A stretch of DNA of 64,000 nucleotides from Chthonomonadales bacterium (GCA_020849275.1 JADLGO010000027.1:6562-70561); one strand, 5' to 3'; counted from the first letter of the stretch, positions 27,198 to 40,223 are shown. Made by a program: numbers and translations. The notes: generated from the sequence alone by a model not told the origin.

Positions 27198-27332
27198 CTA
27201 CTCGGCCGGTTTCTTGCGACTGCGCGTTTTGGTGGCGCCCCCCGCGGGCTTGCGCGCCTGCCGGATCTCCGCCTTGACGCGCTCCTCCTGGCGCTTGCGT
27301 GCCTTGCGGATCTCCTTCTGGCGTATCCTCAT
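27198..27332 (-). CDS. Small highly basic protein (44 aa), putative first gene of the membrane-protein operon
   Basis: Sequence MRIRQKEIRKARKRQEERVKAEIRQARKPAGGATKTRSRKKPAE, with 18 of 44 residues Lys or Arg. GGGAG upstream. Third codon positions are GC-rich. It ends 21 nt before the next start and lies downstream of a strong promoter. Confidence 0.4.
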   Translation of the reverse strand: MRIRQKEIRKARKRQEERVKAEIRQARKPAGGATKTRSRKKPAE

Positions 27333-27441
27333 GCCGGGCTCCCTTCGGTGAGATAACGGCCGGCGCTCGCCGGCAGCTGAAGCGCAGCGCTCCACGGGCG
27401 AACACGAACGCCGCGACGCACTCGCGCCGCGGACGACCTTC

Positions 27442-27470
27442 AGTATAGCCTGCCGGAGCCTGGGTGTCAA
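27442..27470 (-). promoter_or_regulatory. Near-consensus sigma70 promoter TTGACA-17 nt-TATACT
   Basis: On the minus strand, TTGACA (27470-27465) is followed by a 17-nt spacer and TATACT (27447-27442), about 100 nt upstream of the small ORF. Confidence 0.55.
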
Positions 27471-27474
27471 ACCC

Positions 27475-27507
27475 GCTGGGAGCTCATGTAACTGCTGGGA
27501 GCTCATG
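27475..27507 (-). repeat. Two identical 14-nt direct repeats (CATGAGCTCCCAGC on the minus strand) with 19-nt phasing, abutting the -35 element
   Basis: GCTGGGAGCTCATG occurs at 27475-27488 and again at 27494-27507. Each contains the palindromic core GAGCTC. Confidence 0.6.
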
Positions 27508-27580
27508 CTACCGCTCCGGGGACACGCTCGCGTCACCGCTCAAGGAGGTCGTCGTTCATGCACGCGCGCGGACGCCTGGT

Positions 27581-27603
27581 GGCCTGGCCGCGGCGGCCAG
27601 GCC
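27581..27603 (-). terminator. GC hairpin downstream of addB (no U-tract)
   Basis: GGCCTGGCC-gcggc-GGCCAGGCC, a 9-bp stem, 74 nt after the addB stop. Confidence 0.3.
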
Positions 27604-27676
27604 ACTCGAGGCGAGGGCCGCGCCGCGCCGGACACGAGGCGACCGGCGTCGCCGAGCCGGGTACGAGCGTTTCGCC

Positions 27677-30600
27677 CTACTCGATGGACCGAGCCGCTGA
27701 CACGTGACTGTGCTCGAAGCCGGGTTCCTGGCCGCGCTCGCCCGGCCTGGCTACCTCTGCCAGGGGCTCGCCATCATGGATGCCGTCCTGCGTCGTGCGG
27801 CAGACGTCGGCATAGGCGCAGTACTTGCAGTGGTCCCCGGGCGAAGGCACGATGTGCCCCGCCTCGATGCCGCTGGCGGCGCGCAGCACGGACTCGGTGG
27901 CGGCCTGTCGCATGTCGGCGGCCTGCTGCGCCGTCACTGGCTTGACCAGATCGGCACGCTCGGCGCCGGCGATCAGGCCGTATATGCGCAGCGGTGCAAC
28001 GTCAGTTCGGACGACGCGCCGTCGTCCGTCCTCGCGCATGGAGTCGTAGCACCCCACGCCGGCGCGCCACCCCCAGAGGCTCTCGGCCGCGAGGAGGTAG
28101 AGCGGTATCTGCACGCTCAGCCCGTCACGCATCGACGGGTAAGGAACCGACGCGCCCGACTTGTAGTCCATCACGAGGGCGAGGCTCCCGTTACGGTCGA
28201 GGTCGACGCGGTCGATCGCGCCGCACAGGTCCACGGCCTGGCCTCCGACCTCGATGCGGAGCGGCCGGCGTGTCGAGGCGGGGTCGTAGTCGCGAGCGGC
28301 CTCCTCCTCGACCTCCTCGTCATCCAACGGCGCCTCCGGCTCCAGCCCAAACGCGAGCTCGAAGTGTGCGGGCGTGAGGCCGAAGGCCGGGCCGTAGCGC
28401 TTCTCGCGCTCGACGAACCCGTCCATTCCCTCATCGAGCGCCCGCCGCAACATGCGTGCGCGGTGCCGCGGCGCGTCCACCGGCCGCTCGTCCAGGCTCG
28501 CGTCCAGAGCGCGGCCAAGCGCCTCGCGCATGCCGTCGGCCTGGCGTGGGCGGCGTGCGCCGAGCCCGCGCCGCAGCGCGGCGTGCAGCAGGGTCCCCAG
28601 CGCCTGCCGCCCCGTGCCGTCGCCCTCCGGCCGCAGGCGCAGCGCGTAGCGGGCGAAGTGCTGGAATGGACAGCGCAGATAGGCCTCGATCTCGGTGACG
28701 CCATATCGGCGAGGCAGGGCCAGCGCGCGGCGAACCGACTCGTCCTCGATGGCGGGCACACGCGGCCGCCCGCGGCTCGCCAGCACGCGCTCAATGCGCC
28801 CCCGGGGCACGTCTTGCGGCCCCTGGGCGCCCGGGTCGATGGCGCCCTCGGCCGCGCAGGCCGCGAGCAGGCGGTCGCGCTCCGTAACGCACTCCGGATC
28901 GGACGGCGCCACGTCGGCGAGCGTCCGGATCACCGTGTCCACGCGACCAAGCGCCGCGCGCACCTCGTCCAGGTAGAACGATGGCAGGGCGTCGGCCTCG
29001 TCGGACGAGCGCGGAACCGCGAGCACGAGCCGCTCGGCGGGCGTCGTCACCGCCAGGTAGAAGAGGAAGCGCTCCGCGTCGGCGCGTTCCGCCCGAGGGG
29101 CCAGGCGAATGCCGGCCGCGCCGGCCAGTGCCGCGCGCTCGTCGTCGCGCAGGAACGGGTCCTCGGCCGCGCGGCGAGGGAACACGCGCTCCGTCAGGCC
29201 GATGACCGCGGCGAAGGTGACCTCGCCGTGCAGCTCGCCGGGCTCGGCAAGGTGCACTGCGTCGGGCCTAGGCGGCGGCCGGTACATGCTCTGCCGCAGG
29301 GCGGGCTCAAGCAGGGCCACCCACGCGGCGAACGGGAGCATCTCGTCGGCGCCCGCCCCGCCGAGCGCGCCGATGGCATCGCGAGCGGCGGCCAGCGCCG
29401 CCCGGTCGGCCCCGTCGCGAAGGCCCGCGAAACCGGCCTCCTCCAGCAGCCCAACGAGCTGCTCACCATGCTGGGTTCGCGTTCGGGGCGCCTGGCCGAC
29501 CCGCGCGTGCCACTCGGCCAGCATCGCGAGGGCCCGGCCCACCGGGCTGTCAGGCGGGCCCGCCAGGCGCCGCCAGGCATCCGGGCCGGCCCGCACGCCG
29601 GCCCGTCGCGCCCGGCGCAGCAGCCATTCCACCTCGAGCCTGTCAACGTCCGCTGCGCTCGAGCGGAGCCAGGCGATCAGGTCGTCGCGGCGCCAGCCAC
29701 GGGCGAGGACGGCGCACAGGCTCAGGAGGGCCCGGCCCACCGTGCTGTCCGCCAGAGCACGGGCGTAGGTGACGGAGAGCGGAACGTCGAACCGGTCGCA
29801 GACGTTCTCCAACAGGGGCGCGAGTTGCCCGGCCGAGCGCGCGATCACGGCGCAGCGGCTCCAGCGCGTGCCGTGGTCGCGCCGTTCGCGAACGAGCGCG
29901 CGCGCCACCATCTCGGCCTCCACGTACCGGTTCGGCGCGTCGTAGATCACCACGTGCGGGGCCGTGGCCCCCTCGCGGCGCGCTTTACCGGGCGCGTCGG
30001 TTCGCGTGAACAGCCGGCGCTCCAGCGTTCGCAGCGGTTCCGGACGACGATCGCCCGCGGGTGGCAACCGCGTCTCCGAAACCGAGAAGCGCTCCCGGAG
30101 CGCGTCCAACTCGGACAACGGCGCCGCGAACAGGAGCGGGCGCTCGGCCTCGGCCGTCAGCGTGAACACGACCGCGGCCCCGCGACGGCCGAGAGCGGCG
30201 AGGAGGTCGAGCCAGGCGGGCTCCCATCGGCGGAAGCCGTCCACGAGCAGCAGCGCGCAGTTTGCCGGCACCGGCGCGCCCGCGGCAAGGGCGCCCAGGG
30301 CGGCCGCGAGCACGTCGTCCTCGTCGCACATGCCCGCGGCGGCAAGGCGCGCGTCGTACGCCGCGTAGAGGCGGCAGAGCTCGTCGAGCTTCGCCAGCGT
30401 CGCCTCCCCGACCAGGAGATCCTGGCGCTCGTCGCGGAGGCGTTGCGTCGCGGCCCCAAGATCCCGCGCCGAGACCGACGAGAGCTTCAGCTCGTGGATC
30501 AGGCCCCCCAGTGCCGCCACGAAGCCCGCCGACCCGTGCATCGCGCCGAAGTAGCCGTCGACCGGCACCGTCTGACCAAACGTCTCTTCCAGCGCCGTCC

Positions 30601-30886
30601 GCCGCGAAGCGGGGCTGGCGGGGCGCCCGGCTCCCGGCCTGGCGATGGCGCGGGCGAGTTGCTCGAACGTGTAGACGCGCTCATCCGTCGATTCGGGGGA
30701 GTCGGCCAGGGCGAGCGTGGCGAGCAGGTGCGTGCGCGCCTCGGCCGAGGGCACGACGAGGAGGGCGCGCCCGCCCGCGGCGCGCAAGCGCTCGACGCAC
30801 GCACGCGTCTTGCCCGAGCGCGACGGGCCAAGGAGCACGGTCGCCCGCGGGAGCGCCTCGCCGGGCGTGGGATCGGAGGAGGTCAA
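27677..30886 (-). CDS. addB: AddB-type helicase-nuclease subunit (PD-(D/E)XK nuclease with Fe-S staple)
   Basis: TTG start. N-terminal Walker A LLGPSRSGKT. C-terminal nuclease motifs GAIDRVDL...LVMDYKSG and QIPLY. Four Cys residues (CPFQHF ... CKYCAYADVC) match the AddB iron-sulfur cluster pattern. Confidence 0.85.
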   Translation of the reverse strand: MTSSDPTPGEALPRATVLLGPSRSGKTRACVERLRAAGGRALLVVPSAEARTHLLATLALADSPESTDERVYTFEQLARAIARPGAGRPASPASRRTALEETFGQTVPVDGYFGAMHGSAGFVAALGGLIHELKLSSVSARDLGAATQRLRDERQDLLVGEATLAKLDELCRLYAAYDARLAAAGMCDEDDVLAAALGALAAGAPVPANCALLLVDGFRRWEPAWLDLLAALGRRGAAVVFTLTAEAERPLLFAAPLSELDALRERFSVSETRLPPAGDRRPEPLRTLERRLFTRTDAPGKARREGATAPHVVIYDAPNRYVEAEMVARALVRERRDHGTRWSRCAVIARSAGQLAPLLENVCDRFDVPLSVTYARALADSTVGRALLSLCAVLARGWRRDDLIAWLRSSAADVDRLEVEWLLRRARRAGVRAGPDAWRRLAGPPDSPVGRALAMLAEWHARVGQAPRTRTQHGEQLVGLLEEAGFAGLRDGADRAALAAARDAIGALGGAGADEMLPFAAWVALLEPALRQSMYRPPPRPDAVHLAEPGELHGEVTFAAVIGLTERVFPRRAAEDPFLRDDERAALAGAAGIRLAPRAERADAERFLFYLAVTTPAERLVLAVPRSSDEADALPSFYLDEVRAALGRVDTVIRTLADVAPSDPECVTERDRLLAACAAEGAIDPGAQGPQDVPRGRIERVLASRGRPRVPAIEDESVRRALALPRRYGVTEIEAYLRCPFQHFARYALRLRPEGDGTGRQALGTLLHAALRRGLGARRPRQADGMREALGRALDASLDERPVDAPRHRARMLRRALDEGMDGFVEREKRYGPAFGLTPAHFELAFGLEPEAPLDDEEVEEEAARDYDPASTRRPLRIEVGGQAVDLCGAIDRVDLDRNGSLALVMDYKSGASVPYPSMRDGLSVQIPLYLLAAESLWGWRAGVGCYDSMREDGRRRVVRTDVAPLRIYGLIAGAERADLVKPVTAQQAADMRQAATESVLRAASGIEAGHIVPSPGDHCKYCAYADVCRTTQDGIHDGEPLAEVARPGERGQEPGFEHSHVSAARSIE

Positions 30887-31033
30887 GGTGAGCTCCGCGG
30901 CGTTCCGGTGGTGAGGATCCCCGGACCCGAACCGGCGCCGATGCGGCGCGGGGCAATGAGCCTATTCCGCCGGGTCGCGGCCTTCTCCTGCCTCCTTCGT
31001 GCTGCGTGCTGCGCTCCGCCGGGGCGCGGCGAG

Positions 31034-32448
31034 TCAGGCGGCGGACGCCATCGAGCGGCGCTCGGCGCCCACGGCGACGCGATCGGCGACAACGACGCAG
31101 TTGCGCCCATTTGCCTTGGCCTGGTAGAGCACGCGGTCGGCGCGCTCCAGCAGCGCGGCGGGCCCCCCGGCGAATGGCGGCGCGGCGGCCACGCCGAGGC
31201 TGGCTGTCACCGGCCGCCGCGGCCAGGGATAGCTCTCGACGGCGCGGCGGAGACGCTCCGCCGCACCGGACGCCTCCGCGGCGCCGCAGCCCGGCAGGAG
31301 CACCGCGAACTCCTCGCCGCCGTAGCGCGCCACCGTCGCCGGCTGCGCAACGCCCGCGGCCAGGATCTCGGCGATCGCGCGCAGCACAACGTCGCCTGCC
31401 GGGTGCCCGAACGCGTCGTTGTACTGCTTGAAGTGGTCGACGTCCACCATCACCAGCGCGAGGTCGTGGCGCTCGGACCGAGCCTCGCCGAACGCGCTGT
31501 CGAGGGTCTCTCGGAAGCAGCGGTGGTTGCGTAGCCCGGTCAGGCCGTCCGTGACCGCGAGCGCGGAGAGGCGGCGCTCCAGGCGCACGCGGTCGGAGAT
31601 GTCCAGATTGGCGCAGATGACGCCCGTCGCGCTGTCGCCCACGGCGGCGAGCGGGAACGTGCTCGAGAGCACGTGGATCCGGCGGCCGCGTCGGTCGGCC
31701 ACCTCCGTCTCCAGCCCCACGGTGCTCTCGCCGGCAAGCGCCAGGGCGATGACCTCGCGGTGGCGGCGCTCGTTAGCCTCCTGGGCGGCGGCCTCGGTCT
31801 CGCAGAGAACCTCCCAGATGGGCCGCGTGAGCGCCTCGTGCTGCGCGAGCCCGAAGAGCTTCGCCGAGGCGTCGTTCCACGCGTGCACGCGGCCCGCGCC
31901 ATCGCATGAGTAACACGCTGCCGGCACGCACTGGAACAGATGCATGAACCGGTGATTGGCGAGCGTCAGGAACTCCATCGTGCGCTCAAGCGCCTGGTTC
32001 TGCTCGGCCAGCTCGTCGCGCATCCGCTCCAACTCGCGCGAGTGGTCGTGGAGGTCGTTCGACTGCTGGCGCAGCGCGCCCTGCATCGCCAGGATTCGGC
32101 GTGCGACGACGAGCCGGGCGGCCAGCTCGCCCTGGTCCAGCGGCTTCACGAGGAAATCGTCGACCCCGGCCTCCAGCGCGGCGAGCCGGTCCTCGCGCGC
32201 GCCGCGGGCCGTCAGCAGCACAAAGTAGACGTACGGGCGCTCCGGCCGCTCGCGAAGCCTGCGGCAGAGGCTGAGGCCGTCGACGGCGGGCATCATCCAG
32301 TCCGAGATGACCAGAGGCACGTCCTCGGTCCTCAGGACAGTCCATGCGGTACCGCCATCGGCCGCGGCGATCACCTCGCAGTCGAGCCTCTCGAGGGCTT
32401 TGCGAAGCACGAGCATCGACACGCGGTCGTCCTCGGCAATCAGGACCT

Positions 32449-32452
<4 letters not shown>
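31034..32452 (-). CDS. Response regulator-PAS-GGDEF diguanylate cyclase
   Basis: ATG at 32452 gives MKVLIAEDD...[12 protein letters not shown] (REC domain). This is followed by a coiled coil, a PAS-like region, and RNHRCF...[10 protein letters not shown]...[11 protein letters not shown] (an intact GGEEF motif). No RxxD I-site is seen. Confidence 0.9.
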
Positions 32453-36264
<3,812 letters not shown>

Positions 36265-36360
36265 CGTAGGGGGTGAACGGATCGGTCGCGGCGCATGGTC
36301 GCGGCACACCTCCCGCGGGCGTGGGGTTGCCCCGCGCCGTGATCAGGATCGGCAGGCCGC

Positions 36361-37425
36361 TCAGAGATCTGTAGGGCGCGCCGGCGGCCGCATCCTCGCG
36401 TCGAGGAACGCGAACGCCGCCTCGCCATCGAAGCGGTGGTCACCCTCGAACATCGCCCATCCGAATGCCTCGGGCCGCGCGTGGGCCGCGTAGATCGATC
36501 GTGCCCGGTCGACTGCGGCGACGAAGCCCTCCAGCGGGAAGATGGGGTCCAGGCGCCCGCTCTCCACGAACAGCGCGCGCGGAGCCACGAGCCCCGCCAT
36601 GTCGGGCATCTCCATCACGCCCAGCATTCCGGGCACGTAGTTGTCCGGGCAGTGGTCGACCGCCAGAACGGAGTCGGCGAACGTGTTGAAATAGCCGCTG
36701 ATGACGGCGGCACGCACGCGGGTGTCCAGGCAGGCCGTCCAGAACGAGGTGAGCCCGCCGCCCGAGATCCCCATCACGGCGAGCCGCCGCCGATCCACAC
36801 CCCGGGTGCCCGCGAGCACGTCGAGCGCGCGCATCGCGTCCCACACGCGCCAGCCGGTGATCGTCTCGCCGAGCATCAGGGCGGCGGCGGCGTCGCGCGC
36901 GCACGAGGAGGCTTCGGGACCGGTGGCGGCGGCCCGCGCGTCGCGGCGCCTGCCGAAGCTCACCTGCTCAAGGGCGAGCACGACGTACCCATGCGCCGCG
37001 CACTGGAGCGCGAAGTCGGCCTGGTACTCGCCCGGGCTCCCGAGCGCGCGCTGGCCGCCGTCCTCGCCGATGCCAACGATGCTGTCGACCCCGCGCCCGT
37101 GGCCGGGAAGGCAGAGCACGCCGGGGCGCTCCCGCGCGTCACCGCGCGGCTCCAGGAGGTAGGCGAAGGCCCGCATTCCCGGCCGCGTGTCGAACTCGAG
37201 GGCGGCGCGGTCGTAGCCGTCGAGAGAGCGACGCTCGGCAACCACGGGCGCCGAGGCCGGCGTCGGCGCCGGCGGCAGCCCGATCTGGCGCGCGAGGCGC
37301 CGCCGGGCGCGCCTCTGCCATGAGCGCATCGCCGCCGCGTCGCCGCCGCGCCAGGCTGCGGCATGGTCGGCGGCCCGGATGCGGCCGCGCGCGTAGAGGT
37401 GCGGGTCCAGCGTTGAGGGATCCAT
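36361..37425 (-). CDS. Alpha/beta hydrolase (acetyl-xylan-esterase / dienelactone-hydrolase-like)
   Basis: ATG at 37425. The nucleophile elbow GISGGG follows VDRRRLAVM, and LCLPGHG is present. Length and layout are typical of AXE1-like esterases. Confidence 0.75.
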   Translation of the reverse strand: MDPSTLDPHLYARGRIRAADHAAAWRGGDAAAMRSWQRRARRRLARQIGLPPAPTPASAPVVAERRSLDGYDRAALEFDTRPGMRAFAYLLEPRGDARERPGVLCLPGHGRGVDSIVGIGEDGGQRALGSPGEYQADFALQCAAHGYVVLALEQVSFGRRRDARAAATGPEASSCARDAAAALMLGETITGWRVWDAMRALDVLAGTRGVDRRRLAVMGISGGGLTSFWTACLDTRVRAAVISGYFNTFADSVLAVDHCPDNYVPGMLGVMEMPDMAGLVAPRALFVESGRLDPIFPLEGFVAAVDRARSIYAAHARPEAFGWAMFEGDHRFDGEAAFAFLDARMRPPARPTDL

Positions 37426-37630
37426 GTTACGCTCCGAAGGAGGGTGTTGAGCGGCGCCGGCGTGCGCTCCGCGCCGGCGCGACCGGACGATCTGGGGGCC
37501 GAATACGTGACGCCGCGGCCCGGTTGCCGCCCGTATACACTGTACGGCGCCGCCCCTGAGCCGGTGTCGCGATCTGTTTCGCCCCGACCGGCGGCTCGCG
37601 CCGGCCCGCGGCGAGCTTCCGGAGGTGACC

Positions 37631-38266
37631 ATGAGCTGTCCGGCGTGCAGCGCCCCTACCGAGGGCACGCACCCGACGTGCCGCGTGTGCGGCTACCGCT
37701 CCCCGTCCGCCGGCGAGTCGGAATGGGACCGGCGACCCGAGGCCGCCGCCTTCGAGGACCTCAACGCGCTCCTGGAAAAGGAGGAAGCCCTCCTCGCGGC
37801 TACGCGCGGGAGGGTGACCGGAAGCTGGCGTGGCCGCGTCCCGCTGGACCCGCAGACGCTCTCTGCCCCGTTCGCCAACCTGGGCCTGACCAGCCGGCGC
37901 GTCGTGATGCAGTACGTGCACCCGCGCACCGGGGCCGTGTCGCGGCGAAAGGCCGGCGCGTTCGAGCTCACCGATATCCACGACATCCGCGCCACGGACG
38001 TGACCGACGGCCTCCCGGCGCGGTGCGTTCGGCTCGAGGTTGTGCTCGGCAGCGGCGAGTCGATGCGCGTGCGAGCGGCCGGGCGGCTTGCCGAGGAGGC
38101 GGAGAGCCTGGCCGACGTCTGGCGCGCGCTGGCGCGCCAGGGGGGCCGCCACGCACAGATGGGGCAACGCTGCGCCGCGTGTGGGCGCGAGCTGGACCGG
38201 CCCTATCGCTTCTGCCCGTTCTGCGGCGACAAGGCCGAGGAGGACCAGGATGCAGTCGACCGTTGA
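37631..38266 (+). CDS. Double zinc-ribbon protein with a central PH/GRAM-like domain
   Basis: GGAGG lies 5 nt upstream of the ATG. N-terminal CPACS...CRVCG and C-terminal CAACG...FCPFCG ribbons flank LTSRRVVMQYVH...ELTDIHDIRATDV...RLEVVL. Confidence 0.6.
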   Translation: MSCPACSAPTEGTHPTCRVCGYRSPSAGESEWDRRPEAAAFEDLNALLEKEEALLAATRGRVTGSWRGRVPLDPQTLSAPFANLGLTSRRVVMQYVHPRTGAVSRRKAGAFELTDIHDIRATDVTDGLPARCVRLEVVLGSGESMRVRAAGRLAEEAESLADVWRALARQGGRHAQMGQRCAACGRELDRPYRFCPFCGDKAEEDQDAVDR

Positions 38267-39194
38267 GCCGGACAGGCTCCGCTTCGCCGGCCTCGGTTCG
38301 GCGACGTTCGAGCACCCGCTCGACCGCGCGGCGCTCGAGACGCTCCGCAAGACGCCCGGCCTCGACACGCTGTTCCGGCGCCTGGCGTCGCTTGGATTCG
38401 AGCGGCAGGTGCGCCTCTACTTCACCGCCGACAGCCTGCGGCTCGGCCCGAAGCAGTGCCCGCGCACCTACGGCCTGCTCACGGAGGCGGCCTCCGTGCT
38501 CGACGTCCCGGCGCCGGAGCTCTACCTCAGCCAGAACCCGTTTCCCAACGCCGTCGCGATCGGCATGGACCGCTACACGATCGTCGTCTACTCCGGCTTG
38601 ATCGAGCTGCTGAGCGAGGACGAGTTGCGCGGCGTGCTCGGGCACGAACTGGGCCACATCAAGAGCGGCCACATGCTCTACCGGACGATCGCCTACTTCC
38701 TGGCGCTCGTCGGCGTCGTGGCCGCTCGCAATCTGCCCATCGTGAACCTGCTCTCCCAGGCGATGCTCTACGCCTTCTACGACTGGTTTCGCAAGTCGGA
38801 ACTGACGGCCGACCGCGCTGGCCTGCTCGTCACGCAGGATCGCGATGTCTCGGCGGGGATCCTGCTGAAGCTGGCCGGCGGGGTCACCGCGGCGGGCGAC
38901 AGCACGGACCTCTCGGAGTTTCTGCGGCAGGCCGACGACTACGAGGACATGGACGAGAGCCTGCTCAACGTGCTCTACAAGTTCGAGATGACCCGCTTCC
39001 AGACGCACCCGTTCCCCGCGTTGCGAGCGCGCGAGATCCACCGATGGGGCGAGAGCGAGGAGTACCGGGCCATCCTGCGCGGCGACTACGAGCCCGGGGC
39101 CGCCGACGCGAAGGCCCGCCGATGTGCGCGATGCGCCGCGCCGGTGGCCAACCCGGTCTTCCGGTTCTGCCCGGAGTGCGGCGGGCCGGTGTAG
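38250..39194 (+). CDS. M48-family zinc metallopeptidase with a C-terminal zinc ribbon
   Basis: ATG at 38250 overlaps the upstream gene by 17 nt. Contains FEHPLDRAALETLRKTPGLD, HELGHIKSGH (HExxH) and SELTADRAGL. The C-terminus is CARCAAPVANPVFRFCPECG. Confidence 0.85.
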   Translation: MQSTVEPDRLRFAGLGSATFEHPLDRAALETLRKTPGLDTLFRRLASLGFERQVRLYFTADSLRLGPKQCPRTYGLLTEAASVLDVPAPELYLSQNPFPNAVAIGMDRYTIVVYSGLIELLSEDELRGVLGHELGHIKSGHMLYRTIAYFLALVGVVAARNLPIVNLLSQAMLYAFYDWFRKSELTADRAGLLVTQDRDVSAGILLKLAGGVTAAGDSTDLSEFLRQADDYEDMDESLLNVLYKFEMTRFQTHPFPALRAREIHRWGESEEYRAILRGDYEPGAADAKARRCARCAAPVANPVFRFCPECGGPV

Positions 39195-39219
39195 CCGCGC
39201 GAGGCCCCGGCGGGCGCCC

Positions 39220-40203
39220 TCAGAAGCTCATGCGATCGTACGCTGGCAGGTCGATCGGGTAGCGCGGGGACTCGCCGCGCGCCAGGCGCTCCAGCTCGCC
39301 GATCGCGGAGCGCATCAGCTCCGGCAGATCGTCCGTCGTCGGCCCGGCCGTGTGCGGCGTCAGCAGCACGTTCGGCATGGATCGCAGCGGGTGGTCCGGT
39401 GGGAGTGGCTCCGGGTCGGTCACATCGAGCACGGCGTAGAAGCGCCCGTCGTCGAGCGGCTGGGTGAGCTCCGGCGTGTCGATGAGCCGACCTCGCGCGG
39501 AGTTCACGAGCACGGCGCCGCCGCGCAGGAGCCCCAACTCCCGCGCCCCGATCATTCCCCGCGTCTCCGGCACGTCGGGAGCGTGCAGCGAGACGACGTC
39601 GGCCGCGGCCAGGAGGTCGTCCAGGCCGCAGATCTCAACCTCCTCGCGCGCGGCCTCCTCGGCCGACAGGAACGGATCGTGCACGAGGACGCGACAGCCG
39701 AACGGGCGGAGCAGCGCGCGCATGTGCCGCCCGACGCAGCCGTAGCCCACAAGGCCAACCGTTTTGCCGAAGAGCGTGGCGTTCGCCGGGCGGCCACCCT
39801 CGGACGCGTAAGCGGTCCGCACGCGCTCGTCGCCCGACGCGAAGCAGAGGAGCCGGCGCAGCATGACGAGCGCTCCCATCAGGCTGTACTCCGCCACGGT
39901 CCTCGCAATGGCGGCGCGCGCCGACGTGACCACGATGCCGCGCTCCAGCGCGGCCCGCGGGATCATGCGGACGGAGCCCGCGCCATGGCAGATCGCTCGC
40001 AGCCTCCCGGCCGCGGTCAGCATGTCGGCCGTCGGCGCCCGCACGCCCCAGCCGGTCAGGGCGAAGTCGGCCCGCGCCCAGAGATCTGCGTATTCCGCCT
40101 CGGGCAGCGCGCCGGCGTCAAGGCACATCGTCACGTCGCCGATGGCGTGGAGCCGCTCCTCGAGGTCGGGCCGCGTCAGCCGTCGCCAGGTGTCGGCCGC
40201 CAT
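39220..40203 (-). CDS. D-isomer-specific 2-hydroxyacid dehydrogenase family protein
   Basis: ATG at 40203. Contains the NAD-binding motif GLVGYGCVGRHM, plus LVNSARG and LTPHTAG. Confidence 0.85.
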   Translation of the reverse strand: MAADTWRRLTRPDLEERLHAIGDVTMCLDAGALPEAEYADLWARADFALTGWGVRAPTADMLTAAGRLRAICHGAGSVRMIPRAALERGIVVTSARAAIARTVAEYSLMGALVMLRRLLCFASGDERVRTAYASEGGRPANATLFGKTVGLVGYGCVGRHMRALLRPFGCRVLVHDPFLSAEEAAREEVEICGLDDLLAAADVVSLHAPDVPETRGMIGARELGLLRGGAVLVNSARGRLIDTPELTQPLDDGRFYAVLDVTDPEPLPPDHPLRSMPNVLLTPHTAGPTTDDLPELMRSAIGELERLARGESPRYPIDLPAYDRMSF

Positions 40204-40223
40204 CGTGCACAGAATGCGCTGCG

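Noticed and set aside
27544-27707. AAGGAGG followed 9 nt later by an ATG (27558) opening a 49-codon plus-strand ORF
   Set aside because: The ORF runs antisense into the addB 3' end and encodes an Arg/Pro/Gly-rich peptide. It sits within the upstream region of a minus-strand operon, so the Shine-Dalgarno match is most likely a chance occurrence.
27704-31534. 1276-aa plus-strand ORF spanning the addB region
   Set aside because: It is antisense to a gene with clear AddB motifs. Its translation is an Arg/Ala/Gly/Pro-rich, low-complexity product typical of stop-free shadow frames in ~70% GC DNA, and I saw no recognisable motif.
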